Virus record (IMG/VR): IMGVR_UViG_3300012953_000014
Span: 64,001-128,000 of that record
Source: a virus
DNA length: 64,000 nt
Direction: 5' to 3' (one strand)
In this document: one piece after another, positions 36,380 to 47,298 of the stretch
How the letters are laid out: every line of letters begins with the position of its first letter
How positions within the stretch are numbered: the first letter of the stretch is position 1
Notes under the pieces: generated by a model
What the model saw: only the letters and a program-made list of their open reading frames with translations
What the model was told of the DNA's origin: nothing
The model's database searches: none
Position numbers and translations under genes: made by a program

Positions 36380-37476
36380 TAGCAATCCTCCAGATCTTCT
36401 TCTGTAACATCAGACTTATAATAATCTCTGTTACTGATCTTTTGTTGTTGTTCAAGGTCATCGCAACTTAACATTCTCGAAGAGAATATTCCTTGAGCTT
36501 TGTCAGCTGGTTTTAATCTGCACAATGTCTCTTGACCAATCTCGTGATCAACTTTGACATCAAAATAATATTCAACACAGTTTGGAGTTAGTTGTTGGGG
36601 CGTCATATTGTCAGGCTCATCTAATAAAATATTATCTTTTACTTCTTCTCTTTGTTTCATAAAATATAGCGGTATTAGATTCTCCTCTGTTGTGCCAGCA
36701 GTATTTGTGGAGTTGTCATCGACCTCAAACACTTCAATGTCAAAGTTTTCATTTTCAAAAGGAGTGTTCATTTCATCAATCTCTAAAACAATGAAGTCTT
36801 CAAAAATCCTTAAATAGTTTCCATCATTGAAGACTTCAGTGGTATAACTATCTGCAACTGGATTTTCTTGTGGAACTCCTTTTTGGACTTGGGACTTATA
36901 AGTTACTGGTGCCATCTCCAGTTGTGGTATATTAGTTATTTTTCCACCAGAATCAGTCTTATAGTGTTTAGAAGTAAGAATCCTTCCCTGCAATACATCA
37001 ACATTAAAGGCAGATTTTTTATTTGTTCCCAAAGCAGACCGACCTAGAGCGGAGTCTGCACCATGGATTTTCGCTGGGGTTGACTGAACAAAAGGATCAA
37101 TTTTTGTTACGTCTGGTGGCAGTTGTTGATCTGGGAATAGACTAGGAATCATATCACTCGGTTTATTAGTCGAGTGAGCTTGTACAACTTTGGTTATGTC
37201 AGTTTCTATACCACTAAAAACATATTGTGTTTCAAGGCGGAGATCCTCTTTTATCCTATCTTCGATTTCGTTTTGGGGTTCTGCTGGCCAAGAGTTTCCG
37301 TCGCGATCACCTGTTTCATCATTCTTATTTGGTGCGGCATATTTTCGATCATAAATCACATCATCATCAAAAAAAGCATAATGGGATGGACGGAAATCAC
37401 CCTTTGATAATAGGTGTTTGCCATATTGAGTTAGTTTAATATCAATAACTCTCTCTTTTTTGTTTAAAAACTTCAT
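36379..37476 (-). CDS. Baseplate/tail-associated structural protein
   Basis: N-terminal IDIKLTQYGKHLLSKG..YAFFDDDVIYD parallels the 27561..28502 protein. Confidence 0.65.
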   Translation of the reverse strand: MKFLNKKERVIDIKLTQYGKHLLSKGDFRPSHYAFFDDDVIYDRKYAAPNKNDETGDRDGNSWPAEPQNEIEDRIKEDLRLETQYVFSGIETDITKVVQAHSTNKPSDMIPSLFPDQQLPPDVTKIDPFVQSTPAKIHGADSALGRSALGTNKKSAFNVDVLQGRILTSKHYKTDSGGKITNIPQLEMAPVTYKSQVQKGVPQENPVADSYTTEVFNDGNYLRIFEDFIVLEIDEMNTPFENENFDIEVFEVDDNSTNTAGTTEENLIPLYFMKQREEVKDNILLDEPDNMTPQQLTPNCVEYYFDVKVDHEIGQETLCRLKPADKAQGIFSSRMLSCDDLEQQQKISNRDYYKSDVTEEDLEDC

Positions 37477-40400
37477 TGGGATTGTGTTTTAATTCCTTTT
37501 ATAGTTTTTTCGACAAACTCTGTTTCTGTCTCTACTTCTGCCAATTCTACCAAACTAAAGTAATCATACGGCCAGTTATAACTATATGGCAAATCAACAT
37601 TTCCAACGTTAAATCTGAAATCAAACTTTGAATCATCTGATGTGTCTGCTGTTAGTTTGTAGTAATCTACGTTGGCTTTTCTCTTTACTTTGAAGACCAT
37701 CCACCTTATGTTATTTGGCAACCTTTTGCCATGATAAAACTCATTTTCTCCAAGGCCATGTTCAAATATATTATTATCAATATTGCTGTCAGACATTTTA
37801 CCATTTTGTGATATTTTTGGCATTAGACCTTGCCAAATGTCTGCCAAATCTTGAGAATCAAGAGTGTGATTAAACTCAAATACATAAGCAACGAATGGAT
37901 TAACTTTCATGCCTTTTTTCGAGAAAGTTATAAAATCCAACTCTGGTGGCATTACATATTTATCTAAAGATTCCATCATGTTTGTTATTGAATCGCTTGG
38001 GATTTCTGGCGGCTCTGTTTGTGGTTCTAATCTGTTACTTTCTAACCACTTTAAGTAATAGTTAAAAGTCTCGTGATTGATTTTGAACAAGTTTTTATCA
38101 AGTATACTGGTTGTTTCTGCGAAACCTGATTTTGGACCGTATTGATGCTCAGTGAATGGTATTGCAACAATCGCTTCGGAGATTGTTTTTTCATCAGCTA
38201 TTTCTCCTACTTTCCTTGCTTTTGGTGATTCAAAACATTTTCTCAATAGCGAATCTTTTCCTTTTGGAAAGGTTCCTTTAAAAGTTTCTTCAATACCAAA
38301 TGAAATGCCATCAGATCCTGTTACCAATTTGCCATACCCGCTCCACATTCCTCGGCCAGAACCTTCTTCATATGGTTGATCAGCAAAGTTTAGAACAGGT
38401 GTTTCCATTCTTGATGAGATTACCCACCTATTTCTTGAAGAATCAGGGGCGTCGACCACCTCTAACAGATTCCCCTTTTCATCCAAACGAGTTTGTTTTT
38501 CTTGGAAAATACCAAAAGGATTAACGGATGCAGTTAATCTCATTTGACATGCCTCTGCCGGTGACAATCTTGGGCTTGACACTTGTGCATAAGCAATCTG
38601 GGAGCCGCTGTAATATAGAGAAACATCTGGGAACAACTCTTGACCAGGCTTGATTGACGAGGTTGTATTCCATTTTCCTTGACTTGTGTAGAATGTTTCA
38701 TAGTTTACACCATAAGAGTATTCAGTTGCCGATGCGGTCAAAGTTCCTGTGTTAGCGGTGTTTGTGTATTGATAAAGAACATCCCCATTACGTTCAAGCT
38801 TGATTCTTAAAAATCCACCATCTTGCAAAAGCCCTTTTGGAGACACGTAAGGATTGTCACCTTCAAACTCCCAGACAAAAAGTTGCCCATTGGCAGAGTG
38901 TTGAATCGCAAATTCCATATCGGTATAATCACTTGAGGCACCAGGACCTTGGTTAAGCCCAGCTATAACATCGGTTCGTGCTGCTGCTGTTCCAACAGAT
39001 GGAATATTCCATTCAAAAAACTGTCCGCCGCCGACAGAACTTGAAAGCTTATCTCTAGCTCCAACATTCCATGCGCCTGCATTGGCAGTCTTTATTAGGT
39101 TAAAATACCTATCTCGCCCACCAGGACCTTTAGAGCCACTGCATTCAAATGTGGCGTTAGAGTTTAACACATCCCAATCTACAAAGTTTGATCTTTTATG
39201 TGTCTTATCAAACATGCCAGTTAGTTGATCATTTTTATAATCTATAAATGATTTTTCAAAAACTTTTTGATAACTGAAGCCGCCTTTTTCATCATCGGCA
39301 TCTGCAACATAAGCAATAGTTAGACCTGACTTTCCATAAAAATATGGTGGCGTCCATGGGGCATATGCTGGATCTCCATTATTCTCAGGGAATGAAAAAT
39401 GAAAATAAGTATTTTGTGTATCCAAAAATGAAGTGCATCCAGCATTATAATACTCATCTCTGCCATCACCAAACTTGGCGGGGGGTCCAAAATATTGTCC
39501 GTTATAAGTAATCGGATCTGCATTTGATCTTGTTGCAAATGAATAGTGTTGTTTTCTATACACATCTGTGGATCCACTATTATTGAGAAAGTCATCAATC
39601 ATAACGACGTTATCATCTTTTTGCAGATAAACATCCATATAATAAGTTGTACCAGATACCAAACTCACTTCCTCTTGTCTTTTTGAACTAATAGATTTGA
39701 GTGAATTGTTTCTCAAAAAGAAGTTTGGTATTTCTGCAAAAAAGTTATTACTAGCCATCTTATACAGTCGATATTCTTCTGAGTTTTGGGCATTCTTGCG
39801 ATTTGTGGCTGCGATTTCTACATAAGGATGTCTTTTTATGTTACTTCCACCCCACTGATTATTATCCCAGCCATCAAAATAATAACTTGGATTTAACAAT
39901 GAAAGACTGCCACTTCCAGGTTTTGGATCTGCTTGAGGCGCTTTTGGTTGCAACTCTTCGTCTGTCGGAGCAGGAAAACCAACATCACCTAAAGGATCTA
40001 GTATGGATTCAAAAGGTATTCTAAAGTCTGCCAGTTGATCGATCACATAGTTATTAATAGCACCGGCAGTCGAGCTTCCAGAATATATATTAACTGAGCT
40101 AGAGTACGCTGCCCAATCAACAGCGATACCGGCTTTGATCGTGTTGTACATGATACCTGGTGCATAAAATGGTTGCAACATTGATTGAACAGCTAGGGCA
40201 CCAGAATGTTCGAATGACGCTTTAACACCTTCACCTTTTGTCCACCCAATACCATTAATAAATGGGCCGATAGATTGTGAAAACTGTGATGCTAACTGTA
40301 AACTTCTTTGTGCTGGGTAAAAGCCATTGTATGGCAATAGCTTCTTAACAGCGTTGCATTTTATAGTTACTTTGTTGAGAGCAAGATCTTCTGAAAAAGT

Positions 40401-43400
40401 TCCAAAGTATTTTTGGAAATCGCTGTTGGAATACTCTTTAAAAAACTCTTTATTAAATCCACGAGAACCATCAGATTGTGTAACATAATCTGCACTGGAG
40501 GTAATATTAGCTCCCTCTAGTGATAAAAATTTATCATTCTTTTTAAGGAAGTTCCCTTCAGAATAATATTTTATATGATCTGACATTTTAAATTCTGGAA
40601 CAATAGAATATGCTTTTGCCACACCCCTCATATCTGAAATATATTCTTCATAACTGTCAAACCATGGTTGTTTACCAGAATACTCTGATGCTTTCCAAGA
40701 TAAACGCCCAAAAGAAGAGGTGTTATTATTTAACATTTTAGAGCTTTTATGATAATAGTATGCCGAAGCTGTCGGATAATGTGAAGTTTGATATGCTATG
40801 GTGCCTGGTATTGCAGAACCAGAGGAGTTACCAACAAGACCTGCAAGCGTTTGATAGTTGGCAGAATTAAGTTCTCCAAAATCCGTGTAAGTATTAATAA
40901 CTTCATCAAGGAACGAACCATCACAAGCTTCATTTATAGATGCGGACAGAGATAAGGGCTTTTTCAAAGCTTCTTCAATCATTGAACATTCTATAAATGC
41001 TGCTGGTGTTTGACCAAGCCCATACAAGTTGGATGAAAAGCCATCATAAAAACCCTGTGAGTTTGGAAGAGTAGTTTGGAAGTTGTTTGGTGTTGCACCA
41101 GTCAACTGACAAACCTCTGCTGCATCCTGATTAGAGGAGGAACGAGCCACTTGGGTTGCTACTTCAAACTCTAATCTTCTGTTTCTGTTTTTAGCATTAG
41201 ACCGCCAGAAAGTACGTCTTGTCAAAATATCTCTATCGACACCGTTGTCTCCGTCAGAAACAGATGCTGAGTTGTTTTCTGTTACTGTTGCAGTTTCTGC
41301 ATAATACAATCTTGCTCTATTTTTGGCCAAGCCGGTAAAAATTTCTCTAGGATAAACAACTTCACGATAAGAAAAACTTTCAAGGTCAGCAGACTTTTGG
41401 AGACTACTTCTGTCATAAATATTTTTAAGTCTGTAATACGGCAAGTCCATTTGATTTTGAGACTCGTCAATAGCCAAAACCTCTTTAAACTTACTATTTG
41501 CAAAAGTTCCAATAACATTTCCAAAACTGTGCCTGAACGTTGTTGAGGCACCTAAAGAGCCGCTGGGTTGTACTGCGGTTTCAAGAGCGCGATATCTAAA
41601 ACTAACAGGTGGTTCCACCAAACTTGCTGTTAAGACATGTTTTTTTAAGTCAAAATTTGTCCTTGATTTAAACGGTTGTAAGAACTTAACGGTAGTTCCG
41701 ATTGTCTTAGTTCCGTCTCTAGTTTTCTTAGCTGGTATAACACGGCTAAATAAACCACCGTTGGCATATGCTGAAAGGATGTTGTTTACCTTTTGGTGTC
41801 TAGCTATCGGGTGTTGTCCAGCTCTGATTTGTTTCCATGAAGCTTGGCCCCAAGGACCATGGCGGTGAGTAATAATACCATTAAAAATAGCTGCACACGA
41901 ACTGCCACCGGCTTCATCGTCGGCACATGGGGCGGCTCCCAAGAAGTCTGTGTTCAAATAACTCTGGTTATTATTAGCAGCTGGAAAGCCCAGTGTTCTT
42001 GTTGATGCGGTTAGTGGTTCATAAATATTTGAATTTATTCCCACGAAATCATTTGGAAGGAAGTTGTTATAAGCACTATTAACTTCCACAGAACCAGAAT
42101 AATAACCATATTGGCGATAGCCATTTGATACATGGAATGCGGATCCGATTACGCTTTGAGAAATGAATGCAGGCATCGATGCACTAACTGAAGTTGAACC
42201 GGTTGGAACAGAAAAGTTTGTTACATACCCATATGTATCGAGATGCGAAGATGATATTGAAGCTGTTATCCAGGCATACTGATTCGCACTTCTTGGTATT
42301 GGGTGTTGAATATACCAGTTATCATAGTTAATCGTTCCACTCTTTGTACCTTCATAATCGTTATCATACTTTCTGCTTAGTGCGCCGATACGACGGGGGT
42401 TGCGATTCGTTTTGTGGTACGCTGCAATTGTATTATAGTTGTTTGCATTGGTTGTGTGTTGCGCCTCAGTAGTTCCATCACCGATTGTTCCAGTTGGGTC
42501 AATACCAAACTGACCGACATGCTCTATTTGCCATTCATGCAAAGCATTTCTCACAATCAAGTTTCTGTTATTCAAGCCATTATATACTGAAAATTCTTCT
42601 GCATATAAATCTAATGCGCCACGAGACATAGTGTCTATGCCACCGGGTGAGCTGAACCTTTGAACAACTATTGATTTGCCAGAACCAGTTAGGTCAAACC
42701 TTGGTAAAGAAAAATCTTTAGAACCAGAAATGTTAGTTGAAGAGGCTGTCGCGGGGGAAAAGCCTTCGTTCTTAGTGAAGAATCTGTTGTTCTGTGTTCT
42801 TCCAAAAGTCAACATGATTTCATAATCATTTTGATAGTTTCCGGCGTTGGCAGAAGAGGTTCCCCATTTAATATTCCTAATGTTTACTGGACGTTTTGCA
42901 TGTTCTTCTCTAAAATACTGTGCTCTTGGTTGAACGGCGGAACGAGCAGAAAAGTTTAAGAAAGGATCTCCTCCAAATGTAGCGTTCCATGCCTCTGCTC
43001 TTGTGAGCGTCGTATCCGTGGATGCGGTATTTATATTTGTATGTCTTACTTGGCGGCCACCGACATGCCTTTCGGTAAATGGACCCTGCATCGGGATTTC
43101 GCCTTTTTCATACGAATCATCATGATAGTTTGTGATTCTCGCATATTCAACGTGTTTAACAAAGGGTGCGGGCGTTGTTCCACTAATAAAACCTTGTTCA
43201 ACGTTGTTCTTAAACTCTGTTGCTGATGCGCTATAGAGACTGAATCTTGCCAACAAAGCACCCTTAGCTTCCACATAAGAGTCTGGGCCGTTTGTTTTGA
43301 CTTGGTTATTTTTCAAAGTAAAGTCAACTCTTGACTTTTTGTTTGGATCGGCCACGTCATGACAAATCGGGTGAAACTTAAGAGAGCCCGAACCGCCTGT

Positions 43401-46400
43401 TGAAAGTTTATTGTCAGTGTCAAAAACGGAGTTGAGGGCTGTTTGAAAATAGTCTACAACCTTTTCTCCGTCATAATTTGAACCACCCCGAATCGTTTTA
43501 TTATATTTTGTCTCAATAACAACTGGTGCGTTAAAAAATCTTCGATTAAATGCACTTAGAGTAGCAGAATGTATAAGTTGTCTATCTGTATCTACCGCTG
43601 CATCTCCCGATGAAATATAATCTTTTCTTTCTGCTTTGTGCTTCCACCAAAAACAATGTTTATTTTGAGATGGCGGTGACTCGGGTAGTGTGGGCGAACC
43701 TTCTTGGTACGGAAATTTTTGACGCCCAGCGCCCAAGAGTTGTGATTTAATGGTGTTACCTTTAAACTCAATCGTTGGATACTTTGTCCAATATTTATTC
43801 CTCTCCAAGACATGGCTCTCAACCATGGTCAAAAGATTTGTGGAAAAATCAGCAGATGCAGGGAACAACTGAACCAACATTTTTGAAATAGAGTTGTCGG
43901 CCCATTTATAATAGTCCACAAACTTGTCAAAATCAATTGTATCATTCTGGATTCTTGAAAAGTAAATCTCTCTTAGCTTTTCGAGTTGTTTATACTCCAT
44001 CCTATATCGGTTTACTGGTTCACCAATCAGGTTATTAAAATCTTTAATGGTAGAGAATACTTTAAGAATCTCATCTGATAAGATTGCATAAAGACTTTTT
44101 TCTGCTGCGAAAAAGAATGATATTGGTCGCGACTCTCTAGTGAATAAACTATCATCGTTTGAGCTAACAAGTTTAACCATATCATTGCTGTTCAAAACAT
44201 CTGGCTTTAGCTTTTTCGCAGTATTTACATACTCTCTACTGACAGAGCCCGTGTCTGATACCGGGAAGTTATATCCGCGACCTGGGTGTCTAATATCTGC
44301 AATCGGAGCTAACCAGCCATAGTTTAGTTGGCCGCTTGCGGAAGATAGTGTTGATGAGCCAGAGGTTGCATCTTCTACGAAAAACTGGCCGTCAGCATTT
44401 GAACCTGTTGTGGTATCAAATGTCCAATGAAGTGCAAGAGTTTCCATTTGGGGAATCTGTTTAACGTTTCTTGCAAAACCATTGGAGTCTGGTGCAGAAC
44501 CAGATTGAGAAGTGTAAGCATTCCTAAGTGGATTATCAACACCAAAACTTGAAGGATCGGTTGCGTGTGATTTTATTGTAGTATCAGACAAGTGATCAGC
44601 CCACACACGTAATGAGGAGATCTTAGCATCTGAGTGTTCTCTCAATGTTCCCGTAAAGTTTGTGCGGTGGGCACCGACAAAAAATCTTTTTGAGCCTGTC
44701 ATGAAGAATTTTGCAGAACCACTATCTAAAGTTCCGGTAACAGAAAAAGAGTTTTGAATAGTATCTTGAATGGCGTTGTAGCCAGTAAAGATAATGTCAT
44801 AGTTAGAACCACTAACACTTCCTGTAACAACGTCACTTCCACTAAGGGCATTAGCATAAGGGTAAGTGGTTGGTTTTATTCTAACATTTAAATTCCATCT
44901 AGTGTTGTCATAAACATGATTAAACAAACTACTGGTCAAAGTAGGTAATGGATACGGGGCAGTTCCTGTGAGTTGGAAAAACACGGAAGTTGAACCGGAC
45001 TCAGGGCGGATTGCCTGGACTTGAAAGTTTGATAAATCGGGGCCAAGTGCCGAATCTTCCCAGCCAAAATCATTTGGAGAGGCCACATCAACAGTGTGAG
45101 CGCCGAAAAGAGAACTTGTCAAGAAGTTTGTTTGATAATATTCTGTTGAACTTCTTTCAACTTTCTTGGGAAAAATAACTTCAGCTTGATATGTGTTACC
45201 ACGATAACGCATTTCTGATGATGAAGATACATAAGATCTGGTATTTGTTGCATCTCCGCTAGCTGTCTGTTGAACCACTGTTGATTCAACTTTATTTTCT
45301 GTACTAAAATTAGCGTATCTTTTTCTTATTATGGAAGACTCAAAGTTGTTCCTTATCAGGTGTGTTGTATTGTTTCCATAAAGATTTAACTTTATAAGAT
45401 TTTCATCAACACCATAACATCGAATCAAGTTTCTAAAAGACTGCTCTGTGCCTTTTGATTTCAGGATCAAAGGAAGGTTGTTATAGATATTTTGATATAC
45501 TCGGTTTTTTATCTCGTCAAGTTTAGTGGAGAAGTTTATTAAATCATCTCTCTTTCCAAACGCCTCAAGTGCGGTAGCATCAGAAAACAGTTCAGACATA
45601 TCTATTCCCATAGATTCAACCAGTCTATTTGTAAATGGGAATGGCTTAAAACTTCCACTAATATAGTCTGCATCTTTTAATCTTGGTAAAAAGTCTATTT
45701 GAAGCTGTAAAGTATCAAAATAACTGCCGATTATTTGTGTAAGTTTTAATAAAGTATCTCTATCGTTTTCAAGATCACCTTCTTGAATCCATCCTGGTAG
45801 GGTGTGAAAAATCGATGAGTTGTTTGTTCTATCATAAAATTCACCTTCTGCTTCCTTAACTTCCAAAGAGCTTGAAACCAGTGGGTGAGTAGAATATAAA
45901 ATTGGGTCTTTAAACTCTGTTAAAGATGCACTACTTTCAGTAATCGCAGAAGAAGTTGAACGAACACCAACTTGGTATCCTGTCCATTCACCATTGGAAA
46001 CTCTACCAGAATAATCCAATATGATTGCATCGGTTGTGTCTGTGCTAGAAGTGTTAAACACACCTTCATTAAATTTATAGTAAACACCTAAATCAACTGG
46101 GTTCCCTGGGCTGTATTTGTTTGAACCTGTTCCGACTGTGTTGTAGTCTGTATTGGTTCCGCCGCCGACTTGGGTAAACCAATATTTACCTATTTCATTT
46201 CCATCACGTTCTGTTTTCCAGAACCTAAGCTCATCAAGAGAAGCAGATAATGAGCCAGAGAACTGTGCGCCCGCTGTACCAGAAGCATGGGCAACTAGGG
46301 AACCGATCTGGCCAATCATTGATCCGGTTATCAGATTAATAGTTGAGCCCGTCAGAACTGTATTTTCTAAAGCTCCATTTCGATATAGTTTGCACTCCAT

Positions 46401-47282
46401 TGCACTGCCAGAGTTGGCAAGGGTGATAGCATAGTGGTTCCAACCACCAATAAGTGAGGTGCTTGAGCTAATCGCAACGTCCGTGTGATTTAAAAAAGAA
46501 CCCGATAATCTTGCGGCAGAAAGACCATCAGTACCAGAAAGCATTGTAACATTGAAGTATTGACCAACACTTGTCTCTGAACCTGTGATTTCTACCCTAA
46601 AACGACCATAATCATTGTTACCAAAAGATGCACTATTCCAGACATCAAAAATAACTTGCTTTCTTGATTCTTCAAATTGGTCATAATTAAAGGCAGATCT
46701 GGATAGCCAAAACTCTAAGGTAACACCTTTTGTTCCGTCAATCTCTAAGTTTGATTCCTGTCTCGTATCTGCATCATAGACATTGGATGCAGTAAAGTTA
46801 AGCGCCATGGTGCCTGAACCATTGTAGTTTTCTGCACGGTGGGGGCCGCCTTTAAAAAAAATGCCCTCTATGTTCGTTGATGCGTCATAGTTGTTTGCTG
46901 AACCTGTAGCTGAAGTAATGGTTCCAACATTTTTACCTAACTTGATATAACCCGTTGTTCTTGGGTAAATATTTTCAAAGATATATTTATCTAAATAAGT
47001 TCCACTTAACTCCCACTGAACTCTTTCTTTAAGTGATCCATCGTAAGGATACTCATTGTAAACATAAGAATATGCATTTTTGTAATATTCTTTTGCAGAA
47101 CCATATACACAAAAATTAGAGGCTGTTAGAAAATCTATATGGGGAATAAATTTTGATTGATTCTCTGATTCTGCCTTAATATATTCAGCAGACTCAACTT
47201 TTCGTCCAGCAGAGTTTAAGCTCGCGGAGGCGACGATTTTTGAGGAAAAAGAGTTTTTAAACAGATCTTTTGTATTGGCCAT
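37473..47282 (-). CDS. Giant baseplate/tail-fibre protein (3269 aa) with LamG-like domain
   Basis: TLEFW, WNHYAIT, LDELRFW LamG hallmarks; KSKGTEQSFRNLIRCYG resembles the wedge (gp7-type) KGT motif. Confidence 0.7.
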   Translation of the reverse strand: MANTKDLFKNSFSSKIVASASLNSAGRKVESAEYIKAESENQSKFIPHIDFLTASNFCVYGSAKEYYKNAYSYVYNEYPYDGSLKERVQWELSGTYLDKYIFENIYPRTTGYIKLGKNVGTITSATGSANNYDASTNIEGIFFKGGPHRAENYNGSGTMALNFTASNVYDADTRQESNLEIDGTKGVTLEFWLSRSAFNYDQFEESRKQVIFDVWNSASFGNNDYGRFRVEITGSETSVGQYFNVTMLSGTDGLSAARLSGSFLNHTDVAISSSTSLIGGWNHYAITLANSGSAMECKLYRNGALENTVLTGSTINLITGSMIGQIGSLVAHASGTAGAQFSGSLSASLDELRFWKTERDGNEIGKYWFTQVGGGTNTDYNTVGTGSNKYSPGNPVDLGVYYKFNEGVFNTSSTDTTDAIILDYSGRVSNGEWTGYQVGVRSTSSAITESSASLTEFKDPILYSTHPLVSSSLEVKEAEGEFYDRTNNSSIFHTLPGWIQEGDLENDRDTLLKLTQIIGSYFDTLQLQIDFLPRLKDADYISGSFKPFPFTNRLVESMGIDMSELFSDATALEAFGKRDDLINFSTKLDEIKNRVYQNIYNNLPLILKSKGTEQSFRNLIRCYGVDENLIKLNLYGNNTTHLIRNNFESSIIRKRYANFSTENKVESTVVQQTASGDATNTRSYVSSSSEMRYRGNTYQAEVIFPKKVERSSTEYYQTNFLTSSLFGAHTVDVASPNDFGWEDSALGPDLSNFQVQAIRPESGSTSVFFQLTGTAPYPLPTLTSSLFNHVYDNTRWNLNVRIKPTTYPYANALSGSDVVTGSVSGSNYDIIFTGYNAIQDTIQNSFSVTGTLDSGSAKFFMTGSKRFFVGAHRTNFTGTLREHSDAKISSLRVWADHLSDTTIKSHATDPSSFGVDNPLRNAYTSQSGSAPDSNGFARNVKQIPQMETLALHWTFDTTTGSNADGQFFVEDATSGSSTLSSASGQLNYGWLAPIADIRHPGRGYNFPVSDTGSVSREYVNTAKKLKPDVLNSNDMVKLVSSNDDSLFTRESRPISFFFAAEKSLYAILSDEILKVFSTIKDFNNLIGEPVNRYRMEYKQLEKLREIYFSRIQNDTIDFDKFVDYYKWADNSISKMLVQLFPASADFSTNLLTMVESHVLERNKYWTKYPTIEFKGNTIKSQLLGAGRQKFPYQEGSPTLPESPPSQNKHCFWWKHKAERKDYISSGDAAVDTDRQLIHSATLSAFNRRFFNAPVVIETKYNKTIRGGSNYDGEKVVDYFQTALNSVFDTDNKLSTGGSGSLKFHPICHDVADPNKKSRVDFTLKNNQVKTNGPDSYVEAKGALLARFSLYSASATEFKNNVEQGFISGTTPAPFVKHVEYARITNYHDDSYEKGEIPMQGPFTERHVGGRQVRHTNINTASTDTTLTRAEAWNATFGGDPFLNFSARSAVQPRAQYFREEHAKRPVNIRNIKWGTSSANAGNYQNDYEIMLTFGRTQNNRFFTKNEGFSPATASSTNISGSKDFSLPRFDLTGSGKSIVVQRFSSPGGIDTMSRGALDLYAEEFSVYNGLNNRNLIVRNALHEWQIEHVGQFGIDPTGTIGDGTTEAQHTTNANNYNTIAAYHKTNRNPRRIGALSRKYDNDYEGTKSGTINYDNWYIQHPIPRSANQYAWITASISSSHLDTYGYVTNFSVPTGSTSVSASMPAFISQSVIGSAFHVSNGYRQYGYYSGSVEVNSAYNNFLPNDFVGINSNIYEPLTASTRTLGFPAANNNQSYLNTDFLGAAPCADDEAGGSSCAAIFNGIITHRHGPWGQASWKQIRAGQHPIARHQKVNNILSAYANGGLFSRVIPAKKTRDGTKTIGTTVKFLQPFKSRTNFDLKKHVLTASLVEPPVSFRYRALETAVQPSGSLGASTTFRHSFGNVIGTFANSKFKEVLAIDESQNQMDLPYYRLKNIYDRSSLQKSADLESFSYREVVYPREIFTGLAKNRARLYYAETATVTENNSASVSDGDNGVDRDILTRRTFWRSNAKNRNRRLEFEVATQVARSSSNQDAAEVCQLTGATPNNFQTTLPNSQGFYDGFSSNLYGLGQTPAAFIECSMIEEALKKPLSLSASINEACDGSFLDEVINTYTDFGELNSANYQTLAGLVGNSSGSAIPGTIAYQTSHYPTASAYYYHKSSKMLNNNTSSFGRLSWKASEYSGKQPWFDSYEEYISDMRGVAKAYSIVPEFKMSDHIKYYSEGNFLKKNDKFLSLEGANITSSADYVTQSDGSRGFNKEFFKEYSNSDFQKYFGTFSEDLALNKVTIKCNAVKKLLPYNGFYPAQRSLQLASQFSQSIGPFINGIGWTKGEGVKASFEHSGALAVQSMLQPFYAPGIMYNTIKAGIAVDWAAYSSSVNIYSGSSTAGAINNYVIDQLADFRIPFESILDPLGDVGFPAPTDEELQPKAPQADPKPGSGSLSLLNPSYYFDGWDNNQWGGSNIKRHPYVEIAATNRKNAQNSEEYRLYKMASNNFFAEIPNFFLRNNSLKSISSKRQEEVSLVSGTTYYMDVYLQKDDNVVMIDDFLNNSGSTDVYRKQHYSFATRSNADPITYNGQYFGPPAKFGDGRDEYYNAGCTSFLDTQNTYFHFSFPENNGDPAYAPWTPPYFYGKSGLTIAYVADADDEKGGFSYQKVFEKSFIDYKNDQLTGMFDKTHKRSNFVDWDVLNSNATFECSGSKGPGGRDRYFNLIKTANAGAWNVGARDKLSSSVGGGQFFEWNIPSVGTAAARTDVIAGLNQGPGASSDYTDMEFAIQHSANGQLFVWEFEGDNPYVSPKGLLQDGGFLRIKLERNGDVLYQYTNTANTGTLTASATEYSYGVNYETFYTSQGKWNTTSSIKPGQELFPDVSLYYSGSQIAYAQVSSPRLSPAEACQMRLTASVNPFGIFQEKQTRLDEKGNLLEVVDAPDSSRNRWVISSRMETPVLNFADQPYEEGSGRGMWSGYGKLVTGSDGISFGIEETFKGTFPKGKDSLLRKCFESPKARKVGEIADEKTISEAIVAIPFTEHQYGPKSGFAETTSILDKNLFKINHETFNYYLKWLESNRLEPQTEPPEIPSDSITNMMESLDKYVMPPELDFITFSKKGMKVNPFVAYVFEFNHTLDSQDLADIWQGLMPKISQNGKMSDSNIDNNIFEHGLGENEFYHGKRLPNNIRWMVFKVKRKANVDYYKLTADTSDDSKFDFRFNVGNVDLPYSYNWPYDYFSLVELAEVETETEFVEKTIKGIKTQSQ

Positions 47283-47298
47283 AACTTACTATTCTACT

